Part shown: positions 18,655 through 27,590 of the stretch, piece after piece
Layout of the letters: each line of letters begins with the position of its first letter
How positions within the stretch are numbered: position 1 is the first letter of the stretch
From: Candidatus Spongiisociaceae bacterium
GTDB taxonomy: Bacteria > Actinomycetota > Acidimicrobiia > Spongiisociales > Spongiisociaceae
Direction of reading: 5' to 3'
Length of the DNA: 64,000 nucleotides
Assembly: GCA_965202665.1 (NCBI GenBank)
Contig: OZ241841.1
Span: 2,048,001 to 2,112,000, forward strand
The notes under the pieces: generated by a model
Databases searched by the model: none
Told to the model about the DNA's origin: nothing
What the model saw: the letters and a program-made list of their open reading frames with translations, nothing else
Position numbers and translations under genes: made by a program

Positions 18655-19722
18655 ATGAACCATCGAACCCCCGACCCCGATCTGCTCAAGAGGTACGCCC
18701 TTGATGTTTGGAAGTACAAGCAGGGCGAGATGGTCAGCTTGATGATCCATCTGGGGGACCGCTTGGGCCTGTACCGGACGATGGCGGGCGGGGAAATTTG
18801 GACGCCGGAGAGGTTGGCGGCCAATGCCGGTTTGGACGAGCGGATGGTTCGGGAGTGGCTTTTGGGACAGGCCGCCGCCGGGCTGATAACCCGTTCCCCG
18901 TCGGGGGAGTACCGGTTGGAGCCGGAAGGCGAGGCGGTGCTGGTAGATGAGCGGGCCCTGTCCTTCGCGGCCGGGGCTTTCATCGGCGGGTTCCCTCCCG
19001 TCCGGATCGAAGCCATGGCGGACGCCTTTCGCACCGGTCGGGGTTTTTCCTTCAGCGAACAGGGGGAGGAGACGGCCCGCCAGATCGACCGGATGAACGC
19101 CCCCTGGCTGTCCGGTTTCCTGCTGGACGAGGTCCTGCCCGGTTTGGACGGGGTGGCGGAGAAACTGGAGGCGGGGGCCCATGCAGCCGACGTCGGATGC
19201 GGCGGGGGCATCGCCTTGCAGTCCTTGGCCCGGCGCTTTCCGGCCAGCCATTTCGTCGGTTACGAACCCTCCGGCCCCGGGTCGGAACGGGCCCGGTCCC
19301 GCACCGCCGATTTGCCCAACGCCCGCATCGTCCAAGCCCCGGGGGAGGAGTTGCCCGCCCATCCGCCGCTGGATTTGGCGATGACCTTGGACTGCCTGCA
19401 CGACATGCCTTTCCCCGACCGGGCGGCGGCCGCCATCCGCCGGGCCCTGAAACCGGACGGAACCTGGCTGATCAAAGACATGCGTTGTTCGGAGGTTTTC
19501 GAAAAGAACCTGAAAAACCCGGTGCTGGCCATGCAGTACGGATACAGCATCAGCTCCTGCCTGGCCTCCGCCACTTCCCAGCCGGGCGGGGCGGCCCTGG
19601 GGACGCTGGGATTGCCCCCGTCGGAGGTGGAGCGGCTGGCCGGCGCGGCCGGTTTCTCCTCGGTGCGGGTCATCAGCTTGGAGGACGACCCCGTTCATCT
19701 CTACTACGAGGTGCGGACGTGA
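18655..19722 (+). CDS. Class I SAM-dependent methyltransferase with N-terminal HTH (Rv2258c-like)
   Basis: LGDRLGLY, ERMVREWL, ADVGCGGG, DCLHDM, ALKPDG, AALGTLG. Confidence 0.87.
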   Translation: MNHRTPDPDLLKRYALDVWKYKQGEMVSLMIHLGDRLGLYRTMAGGEIWTPERLAANAGLDERMVREWLLGQAAAGLITRSPSGEYRLEPEGEAVLVDERALSFAAGAFIGGFPPVRIEAMADAFRTGRGFSFSEQGEETARQIDRMNAPWLSGFLLDEVLPGLDGVAEKLEAGAHAADVGCGGGIALQSLARRFPASHFVGYEPSGPGSERARSRTADLPNARIVQAPGEELPAHPPLDLAMTLDCLHDMPFPDRAAAAIRRALKPDGTWLIKDMRCSEVFEKNLKNPVLAMQYGYSISSCLASATSQPGGAALGTLGLPPSEVERLAGAAGFSSVRVISLEDDPVHLYYEVRT

Positions 19723-19759
19723 GAAGTTTGGCGCGGGGCGGCTACTAGGCTGGCCGGCA

Positions 19760-20338
19760 ATGCGCATAGATCTGGCCGGTTTCATCACCGAATTGAAGTC
19801 CCACGCCGTTGAGCACGGTTTCCACGTCCACGACGAGCGGCATTTCATCGAGTCCTACTCTTTGTTTCAGCATTGGGAGGTGGACGTTCATCCCGTGGAG
19901 GCGTGCTTGGGGCCGATGGAGATGCAGATCGTGCTGGAAGCCGACCCCCGTCCGTTGCTGGCCTTCGAGGACTTGGCCGGACAGGAGGACTGGGATCAGG
20001 ATGACATGGATTCCGACCCTTTTCATCTGCCGCTCTACTTCAAGTGGTCCCTGCCACCCCTTACCCATCCCCCCGACTTGCTCATCTTGTCCACCGACAT
20101 CGTGGACATTTCCGGCACCGTCATTCCCATTACGGTGCTGGCCACCGACACCATGTCGGCCACCGACCCGGCCACCCGCAGCCTGTCCCTGGTGGGGGAA
20201 ATCGACCTTTCAGTACGGGACTTGTACAAGCGGGAGACGGAACTGTGCGATGTGCTGGACTGCGCCCACCGGGTCAGCGCCTGGATTTTGGAACAGGCTG
20301 AGGAATGGCTGGGGGGCCCGAGCCGGATCTCCGACTAG
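19760..20338 (+). CDS. Hypothetical acidic protein
   Basis: Clean ORF with host-like codon usage; HAVEHGFHVHDERHF N-terminus; no recognised family. Confidence 0.7.
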   Translation: MRIDLAGFITELKSHAVEHGFHVHDERHFIESYSLFQHWEVDVHPVEACLGPMEMQIVLEADPRPLLAFEDLAGQEDWDQDDMDSDPFHLPLYFKWSLPPLTHPPDLLILSTDIVDISGTVIPITVLATDTMSATDPATRSLSLVGEIDLSVRDLYKRETELCDVLDCAHRVSAWILEQAEEWLGGPSRISD

Positions 20339-23006
20339 CCGCGCGGGCGGACCGCCGGTCGTGTAAGCGGGCCCATAGGCGCAACATGGAGGGCAGCACC
20401 AGTATGGCGGACAGCATGGCCAAGGCGATGGTGTAGGCGGTCACGAACCCGAATTGCCGGAAGGGGATGGTGGTGGAGGTGACCAGGATTCCGAACCCGG
20501 CCATGGTGGTCAGCGCCGACCCGAACAGGGCCCCGCCGGTGTGGGTGAGCGTGGAGCGGATGGCCTCCTCGTCGGTGTCGAAACGGGCCCGATCCTCCAA
20601 GAAGCGGTGGGTGATGTGGATCATATAGGGTATTCCGAATCCGATGGCCATGGCGGCGATGGTGGCGGTGACCGGTCCGAAGGGGATGCCGAAGGCGGCC
20701 ATCAGCCCGAACGACCACAGCACCACCAAGATGACCGGCAGGGTGGTCACCACCCCCAGCAACGGCCGCCGGGCGTCGAACCAGAAGTTGATGACCAGCA
20801 GGGCCAGGGCGGCCGCCAAGGTGAATACCAGCGACCACAATTGGGAGTTCTGCAGGGTGGTGACCACCACGTCGTTGATGATCTCGTTGGAGGTGGCCAC
20901 CGCCGACAGGCCCGCCGCGGCCGCCGGGGCGAAATCAGCGGCCAAGTCCGCCCGGAATCGCCCGGCTTGCGTCTCCCCGGCCTGGGAGGTGAAGGTGAAC
21001 AGGGCGGCGTCGTATTCGCCTCCGGTGCGGTGCAGCACCGCCGACATGTCATCGGGGGAGGCCGCCCAGGCCGCGTCGTACACTGCCCGCACGTCCGCCC
21101 CCTCCGGGAAAGCGGAAGTTTGGAAGTCGAATCCCTGCTCCGCCAGGGCCCCGCGCACCGCCTCGTTCCCGGACGGTCCGTCCCCGCCCATTTGCGTGAT
21201 GGCGTTGAAAGGGGAGGTTCCCGACACGCCTCCGCCGAAGGCCACCACGTTGTCGGTGTCGGCCAAGTTGCGGTTGGCGGCGGCCATTGCGTTCCAAGCC
21301 CCCGCCCCGGCCACCTCTCCTTCCACCAGCACCTGGGTCTGTTCGCCGAATCCCCCTCCGAAGTCCGCCAGCAGGGATTCGAAGGTGGGGCGCAACGGGG
21401 AGGTGACCGGTATGAAATCCAGGAAACTGAATTTGGCTTCCAGGTTGGACCACCCCCACGCCCCCAGCCCGCCCAGCGCCAGCGCCACCAGGGCGGCGAA
21501 GGCGGCCGCCCGGTTGGCGATGACCGAGGCGGTCCCGGCCAGGCGTCCCAGCAACCGGGCCTCCCCCGTCCCCAAGTTTTGCGGCTGCAGGGTTTGACGG
21601 CGTTGTCCCCGCCGGTCCAGCAATTCCCGCATGGCGGGTATGAAAGTGAGCATGAGCACGAAGGAGGAGGCGATCCCGATGGCGGCTAAAGCCCCGAATT
21701 CGCGCAGGGCGGGGATGCTGTTGAACACGTTGGTGAGGAAACCGACCGCGGTGGTGACGGTGGCCAGCACCAGCGCCACCCCCACCGTGCGGATGGCGAC
21801 GCCAACCGATTGGTCCACCGTCGCCCCGGAGGACAGCTCCTCCCGGTAGCGGGAGGTGACGTGTATGGAGTAGTCCACTCCCAACCCGATGAGCAGGATG
21901 GGGAGAATTTGCGTCATGGGGCTGGCCCCGCCGAACAGCAGGTATCCGATTCCGTTCATCCAGGCGATGGCGAAGAAAATGGTGATCAGCGTGAGCAGCG
22001 TGTCGGCTGTGGAGCGGCGCAAGCCCCGGTCGGTGAAAGTCCACGCTACGAACCCGGCGGCGAGGATCAGCCCGGCTATGGAAAAGAACAGGTTGCTGTT
22101 CAGGTTTTTGACCGCATCCGGGAAAATGCTGTCCAAGACTATTCCCAAAGTGGGCAGGATCACCAGCGCCAAAGCGGCCGCCACCGCCGCGATGGTGCCG
22201 ATCATCAGCCGCCGGGGGCCGGTGCGGGACGGTTTAATCAGGAACACCAAGGTGAGGACCAGCACGATGATCATGGCCGCCGTCCCGAACAGACGGCCCA
22301 GTTCCGCCTGGAATTCGCCGGTGTCCCCGAACAGCAGTTCAAAAGAGAAGGGTTCGGCGGTCACGCCGGCGGGCAGGTCCGCTTCCCGGATTTGGTCGGC
22401 GGCCGCCGACAGCTGATCCACGAAGCCGTCGAACCGGTCGCTGTCCGCCTCTTCCCCCTCCAGTCTGACCAGCATAAGGCCTTTGCCGGCGAAAGGCATT
22501 TCCGGGTCGGCCGCCTCCGGCAACATTCCCAACACGAAATCTTTCAGCGGACCGCGCGTTTCCTCCAAGCCCCGCCGGTACAGGGCCCCCACTTCCGCAT
22601 CCGAGGCGGGGCGGTCCGACCCCTGTTCCAGTTTCATCAACACCGGCCGCATGAAGCTGATGGGACCCTCCTCCGGCGGCAACCGGTCGGCGACCGCTCC
22701 GTTGGAAACGGTTTCGGTGATGGTTTCCACCGCCCGCAGTCCGTCCCGGCTGAACAAGTTGCCGTCCGCGGATGAAAAAATGATCTGGACGACGCTCAGA
22801 GAGACGTCGGATGCGAACAATTCGGAGATGCGCTCGTTGGCCGCCAGTTCGGGGGCGTTGGGGGCGAAGGAGTCGTTGTTGTCCTCCTCCGGCTGGAAGT
22901 TAGCCGACAGGGGTCCCAGCGCCAAGGTGATGGCGATGATCACCCCCAGCACCACCCAGGGCAACCGCCGGACCGCTTCGGCCAAAAAGTTTATAGCGGC
23001 TTTCAC
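20274..23006 (-). CDS. MMPL/RND family transporter
   Basis: Two TM clusters with GLGVDYSIHV..RYREE and GFGIPYMIH..HRF; ALTTMAGFGIL, PFRQFG. Confidence 0.88.
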   Translation of the reverse strand: MKAAINFLAEAVRRLPWVVLGVIIAITLALGPLSANFQPEEDNNDSFAPNAPELAANERISELFASDVSLSVVQIIFSSADGNLFSRDGLRAVETITETVSNGAVADRLPPEEGPISFMRPVLMKLEQGSDRPASDAEVGALYRRGLEETRGPLKDFVLGMLPEAADPEMPFAGKGLMLVRLEGEEADSDRFDGFVDQLSAAADQIREADLPAGVTAEPFSFELLFGDTGEFQAELGRLFGTAAMIIVLVLTLVFLIKPSRTGPRRLMIGTIAAVAAALALVILPTLGIVLDSIFPDAVKNLNSNLFFSIAGLILAAGFVAWTFTDRGLRRSTADTLLTLITIFFAIAWMNGIGYLLFGGASPMTQILPILLIGLGVDYSIHVTSRYREELSSGATVDQSVGVAIRTVGVALVLATVTTAVGFLTNVFNSIPALREFGALAAIGIASSFVLMLTFIPAMRELLDRRGQRRQTLQPQNLGTGEARLLGRLAGTASVIANRAAAFAALVALALGGLGAWGWSNLEAKFSFLDFIPVTSPLRPTFESLLADFGGGFGEQTQVLVEGEVAGAGAWNAMAAANRNLADTDNVVAFGGGVSGTSPFNAITQMGGDGPSGNEAVRGALAEQGFDFQTSAFPEGADVRAVYDAAWAASPDDMSAVLHRTGGEYDAALFTFTSQAGETQAGRFRADLAADFAPAAAAGLSAVATSNEIINDVVVTTLQNSQLWSLVFTLAAALALLVINFWFDARRPLLGVVTTLPVILVVLWSFGLMAAFGIPFGPVTATIAAMAIGFGIPYMIHITHRFLEDRARFDTDEEAIRSTLTHTGGALFGSALTTMAGFGILVTSTTIPFRQFGFVTAYTIALAMLSAILVLPSMLRLWARLHDRRSARAASRRSGSGPPAIPQPVPKSRR

Positions 23007-23108
23007 GCCTTCTCCTCGCCTTGGGCGGCCTATCTCACCGGAAACGGAAGTTTGATGACGGCAATAAAGCTAGGCGGTTTTTGAAGTTAGCGGTAATTGG
23101 CGGGGCGG

Positions 23109-24188
23109 TCACTTGTCCAGAACCTGGTCCAGGGCCTCCAAGAACCGGCGGTTTTCGCTTTCGGAGCCGATGGAAACGCGGGTCCATTCTTCGGCCAGGG
23201 CCCGCACCGCCACCCCCTGTTTTTCCAGGTCGCCGATCAGCCGGGGGGTGTCCGGACCGAGGCGGATCCACAGGAAGTTGGCCTGGGTGGGAACGAACTC
23301 GATTTTCCGCTCCCGCAATCCGGAGGAAATGCATTCCACACCCCGGCGGTTGAGCTCCCGCCGTTCCTCCACCCGCTCCGGGCAGCCCAGGGCGGCGACG
23401 GCCGCCTCCGCCGCCAGCCGGTTGACGGAAAAGGGGATCTGGGCTTTGCGCAGGGACGCCAGGGCGTCGGGATGGCCGATCATGTAACCGGCCCGCAGTC
23501 CGGCCAAGCCGTAAATTTTGGAGAAGGTGCGGGCCACCGCCACGTTGGGCCGTTGCACGGCGAGGGGGATGGCCGAGCCGAAATCGTCGGCGGTTGCGAA
23601 TTCGGCGTAGGCCTCGTCCACTACCGCCAAGACGTTGTCGGGCACCCGGTCCAGAAATTCCCGCAGGTCGGCGGCGGAGCGGTAGGTCCCGGTCGGGTTG
23701 TTGGGGTTGCACACCACCACCATGGTGGTGTCCTCCCGGACGGCCGCCGACATGGCCTGCAAGTCGTTGCGGCGGCGGTCGTCCAAGGGAACTTCGATGG
23801 GTTCCGCCGCTCCCAGCAGGCTGTTGACCCGGTACATGACAAAGGACGGCCACGGGTAGACGAAGCTGGTTCCGGGGCCGCCCAGGGCGCGGGCGGCGGC
23901 GGTGAGCAACTCCGAGGAGCCCGCCCCGCACCACAGGGATTCGGCGGGGACGCCGATGGCTTGCGAGAGGGCGGTGGTCAGCCGTCCCGCCCCCTGCTCC
24001 GGATAACGGTTGAGGCCGGGCGCGGCGCGGGCGATGGCTTCCTCCACTTCCGGGAAGGGAGGGTAGGGGTTTTCGTTGGAGGCCAGTTTCACCACCTCCG
24101 ACAGGCCGTGCCGGCGGGCGATTTCCTCTATTCCCGCCCCGGCCCGGTAGGGCGTTATCCGCTCTATTTCCCGGCGTATGCGCAACAT
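23109..24188 (-). CDS. hisC: Histidinol-phosphate/aromatic aminotransferase
   Basis: KLASNENP, NRYP, CNPNNPTG, DEAYAEF, RTFSKIYGLAGLRAGY; ATG at 24188. Confidence 0.87.
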   Translation of the reverse strand: MLRIRREIERITPYRAGAGIEEIARRHGLSEVVKLASNENPYPPFPEVEEAIARAAPGLNRYPEQGAGRLTTALSQAIGVPAESLWCGAGSSELLTAAARALGGPGTSFVYPWPSFVMYRVNSLLGAAEPIEVPLDDRRRNDLQAMSAAVREDTTMVVVCNPNNPTGTYRSAADLREFLDRVPDNVLAVVDEAYAEFATADDFGSAIPLAVQRPNVAVARTFSKIYGLAGLRAGYMIGHPDALASLRKAQIPFSVNRLAAEAAVAALGCPERVEERRELNRRGVECISSGLRERKIEFVPTQANFLWIRLGPDTPRLIGDLEKQGVAVRALAEEWTRVSIGSESENRRFLEALDQVLDK

Positions 24189-24270
24189 CGGCCTAACGAT
24201 AACCGCCCCGGCCGGCAAATCGGAAAAGACCGGCGGGGGCAAAACGGGTTTGGACCGGCGGCGGGGTAGA

Positions 24271-26349
24271 ATGGGGGCGATGTTGCAAATTATCGATCCG
24301 TCCGGCCGGGTGGTGGGCGACCTTCCCGACTTGACCGATGAGGACTTTTTGGAGTTGTACCGGTTGATGGCGGGGGCCCGGCGTTTCGACCGCCGGGCGA
24401 TGCTTATGCAACGCAAAGGCAAGTTGGGAACCTATCCGCCTTTGGAAGGCCAGGAGGCCTCCCAGATCGGTTCGGCCTACGCGGCCGGCCCCGGCGACTG
24501 GTTTTACCCCGGCTACCGGGAGCACGGGACGCAGCTGGCCCGGGGCCTGCCCGCGGAGACCATCCTCTCCTTCTGGAGCGGGCGCCCCAACCGGCGGTGG
24601 GACGTCAACCGCCACCGGATGCACATCAACACCATTCCCATCGCCACCCAGATTCCGCATGCGGTGGGCCACGCCTACGCGGCCCGGCTGGCCGGAGAGG
24701 ACCTGGCCACCATCGTTTTCTTCGGAGACGGAGCAACCTCGGAGGGGGATTTCCACGCCGGGATGAACTTCGCCGGGGTGTGGAACACTCCCACCGTTTT
24801 CATCTGCTGCAACAACCGCTGGGCGATTTCGGTTCCTTTGCGCTCGCAGACCGCCGCCCCCACGTTGGCCGCCAAAGCGGAAGGTTACGGGATGCCGGGG
24901 GTGCGGGTGGACGGCATGGACGCGCTGGCCGTTTACGCCGCCGTCCGCCGGGCGTTGGAGCGGGCCCGGGAGGGAGGCGGCCCCACTTTCATCGAGGCCT
25001 TGACTTATCGCTACGGCCCGCACGCCACCGCCGACGATCCCAGCTTGTACCGGACGGAGGAAGAGGTGCGCTCCTGGCGGGAGAAGGACCCGCTGGACCG
25101 CTTCCGCCTTTTCCTGCAATCCCGCGATCTGTGGTCGGACCAGCTGGACGAGGGCCCGACGTCGGAGATGGACCGGCTGGTGGATGAGGCGGCCGAGGCG
25201 CTGGAGGAGCAGGTTCATTCCCGGGACGGCGCCATCCGGCATGTTTATTCCCGGCTTCCCTCTTCGCTGGTCGGGCAGTTGCGGGGGGCCCAGCGCCGGG
25301 AGGGGGAGGAGCCGGCGGAGTTCGAGACGGGGGAGATGTGGACGGTGGGCCGCGACCCGGCGCCCGCCGGGGACACCGCCCGGTGGACGATGGCCGAAGC
25401 CATCAACGACACTTTGCATCAGGCGATGGAGCGGTGGCCGGACGCCATCGTGCTGGGGGAGGACGTGGGCTTGGCGGGCGGCGTGTTCCGCATCACCGAA
25501 GGTTTGCAACGCAAATTCGGGGCGGAGCGGGTGATTGACACCCCCCTGTGCGAGTCGGGGATCGTGGGTACGGCGGTGGGCATGGCCATCGCCGGGGCCC
25601 GCCCCATCGCCGAAATCCAGTTCGACGGGTTCGTGTATCCGGCTTTCGATCAGATCGTCGGCCATCTGGCCCGGATGCGGTTCCGCACCCGCGGGCATGT
25701 GGAGATGCCGGTGGTGGTGCGTTGGCCGAACGGGGCGGGAATCGGGGCCCACGAGTTCCACTGCGACAGCCCCGAATCCTTTTTCGTGCACGCCCCGGGG
25801 CTGGTGGTGATAGTCCCCTCCACCCCGTCCGACGCCAAAGGCCTGTTGGCGGCGGCCATTGAAAGCCCGGATCCGGTGCTGTTTTTGGAGCCGAAGGTGT
25901 TGTACCGGTCAGGCCGGGAGGAGGTGCCGGTGGATCATTTCACCCTGCCCATCGGCCGCGCCCGGGTGCGGCGGGCGGGGGACGACGCCACGGTGGTCAC
26001 CTACGGCGGTTCGGTTCCCGCCGCGCTGGAGGCTGCAAGTATGTTGGCGGAGGAGGGGGTGGAGTGCGAGGTGATCGACCTGCGGACTTTGAAACCGTGG
26101 GACAGGGAGACGGTTTTGGAGTCGGTGGAGCGCACTTCCCGCCTGGTGCTGGTGCAGGAACCGCCCCGCTCGGCGGGCGTGGCAGCTGAAATAGCGGCCA
26201 CCGTGGCCGAGGAGGGCTTGTTCTATCTGGACGCCCCCATAATCCGGGTGACCGGCTTCGACGCCCCCTGGCCCCAGTTCGCCACCGAAAGCCACGCCTG
26301 GATAACCCCAGCCCGCATAACCGCCGCCGTAAAAGAAACCCTAACCTAG
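24271..26349 (+). CDS. Fused 2-oxoacid dehydrogenase E1 alpha+beta (pyruvate/branched-chain type)
   Basis: Alpha: GQEASQIG, GDGATSEGDFH, NN.WAIS, HATADDP; beta: GEDVG..GGVFR, DTPLCESGI, EIQFDGF, DLRTLKP; single uninterrupted ORF. Confidence 0.9.
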   Translation: MGAMLQIIDPSGRVVGDLPDLTDEDFLELYRLMAGARRFDRRAMLMQRKGKLGTYPPLEGQEASQIGSAYAAGPGDWFYPGYREHGTQLARGLPAETILSFWSGRPNRRWDVNRHRMHINTIPIATQIPHAVGHAYAARLAGEDLATIVFFGDGATSEGDFHAGMNFAGVWNTPTVFICCNNRWAISVPLRSQTAAPTLAAKAEGYGMPGVRVDGMDALAVYAAVRRALERAREGGGPTFIEALTYRYGPHATADDPSLYRTEEEVRSWREKDPLDRFRLFLQSRDLWSDQLDEGPTSEMDRLVDEAAEALEEQVHSRDGAIRHVYSRLPSSLVGQLRGAQRREGEEPAEFETGEMWTVGRDPAPAGDTARWTMAEAINDTLHQAMERWPDAIVLGEDVGLAGGVFRITEGLQRKFGAERVIDTPLCESGIVGTAVGMAIAGARPIAEIQFDGFVYPAFDQIVGHLARMRFRTRGHVEMPVVVRWPNGAGIGAHEFHCDSPESFFVHAPGLVVIVPSTPSDAKGLLAAAIESPDPVLFLEPKVLYRSGREEVPVDHFTLPIGRARVRRAGDDATVVTYGGSVPAALEAASMLAEEGVECEVIDLRTLKPWDRETVLESVERTSRLVLVQEPPRSAGVAAEIAATVAEEGLFYLDAPIIRVTGFDAPWPQFATESHAWITPARITAAVKETLT

Positions 26350-26395
26350 CCGCTGACGCGGGAGATGCGCCCGGCGGTGTTATTCTGAAAGGGCG

Positions 26396-27556
26396 ATGCC
26401 CGTTGCCCATCTGAATCCGGTCCTGTTGCGTTGGGCCTTGGCCAGGGCGGGTAAGGAACCGTCTGAGTTGGCCGCCGCTCTCAAGCAACCTCCGGAGAAA
26501 GTGGAAGGTTGGCTGGCCGGAGACTCCCGACCGACTTTCAAGCAGGCCCAGAACATCGCCCGACGCTTATGGGTTCCGTTCGGATATCTGTTCCTGTCCG
26601 CCCCTCCGGCGGAGCCGTTGCCGTTGAAAGATTTCCGCCGCTTGCCCGGCGGGCCAGGAACGGGGGTATCCGTTGATCTGCGGGCGGTTGTTTACGACGT
26701 GTTGCGCAAACAGGACTGGTACCGGGATTACCGGTTGGACGATGATGGTTCTCCGGTTCCGGCGGTGGGGGCCTATGCGGCTGATGCCCCGGTTTCTGAG
26801 GTGGCGGCCGGTATCGCGGGTCATCTAAGTTTGGGAACCGGGGCTGATTACCCGGACGCCAATCGGTTTCTGCGGGAGTTTGTTCGCAAGGCGGAGGCGG
26901 CGGGTGTGCTGGTGATGCGCAATGGGGTGGTCGGCCATAATCCCCGCCGTCCGTTGAACGTGGAGGAGTTTCGCGGCTTTTCCATTTCCGACCCGTTGGC
27001 CCCGGTGGTTTTTATCAACGCCGCGGACAGCGTACGGGCGCAACTGTTTACGCTGGCCCATGAGTTGGCTCATATCTGGGTGGGGGCGGGGGGCATATCG
27101 GATGCGGATTTGACGATTGGCGTTGATCACCAGACGAGCATGGAAGAGTTCTGCAACGCGGTGGCCGGGCAGGTTCTTCTGCCCTGGGATTTGGTGCGTG
27201 ATTGGTGGGCGGACGGAAAAACGCCTTGGCCGGAGTGGATTCACAAGGTAGCCAGCCGGTTTCGGCTGTCCACGGTGATGGTGGCTCGCCGCCTGTGGGA
27301 GGAGAAAGCGATCGAGCGTGATCAGTTCTTCGCTTTCTACGAAGCCGAACGAAGCATTTGGTCTAAGAAGAGCCCGTCCACGGGAGGGGATTTTTACCGG
27401 ACGGCTCTAACCAGAAACAGCCGGTTGTTTACCGAGGCGGTTCTGGCCGACCTGGGTTCCGTCAACACTTCCATACGGGAGGCATCCCGGCTGTTGGGGA
27501 TAAAACCGGCCAAATTGCCAACCCTCAAGGAAAAGATGGTCGGACGGTTCGTTTGA
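26396..27556 (+). CDS. XRE-type HTH fused to ImmA/IrrE-family metallopeptidase
   Basis: N-terminal HTH (RPTFKQ...VPFGYLFL..PP), EFRGF, FINAAD, FTLAHELAH (HExxH). Confidence 0.88.
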   Translation: MPVAHLNPVLLRWALARAGKEPSELAAALKQPPEKVEGWLAGDSRPTFKQAQNIARRLWVPFGYLFLSAPPAEPLPLKDFRRLPGGPGTGVSVDLRAVVYDVLRKQDWYRDYRLDDDGSPVPAVGAYAADAPVSEVAAGIAGHLSLGTGADYPDANRFLREFVRKAEAAGVLVMRNGVVGHNPRRPLNVEEFRGFSISDPLAPVVFINAADSVRAQLFTLAHELAHIWVGAGGISDADLTIGVDHQTSMEEFCNAVAGQVLLPWDLVRDWWADGKTPWPEWIHKVASRFRLSTVMVARRLWEEKAIERDQFFAFYEAERSIWSKKSPSTGGDFYRTALTRNSRLFTEAVLADLGSVNTSIREASRLLGIKPAKLPTLKEKMVGRFV

Positions 27557-27590
27557 CCTAAAGCTTCCTGATGGATTTCGGGGGCGGGGG

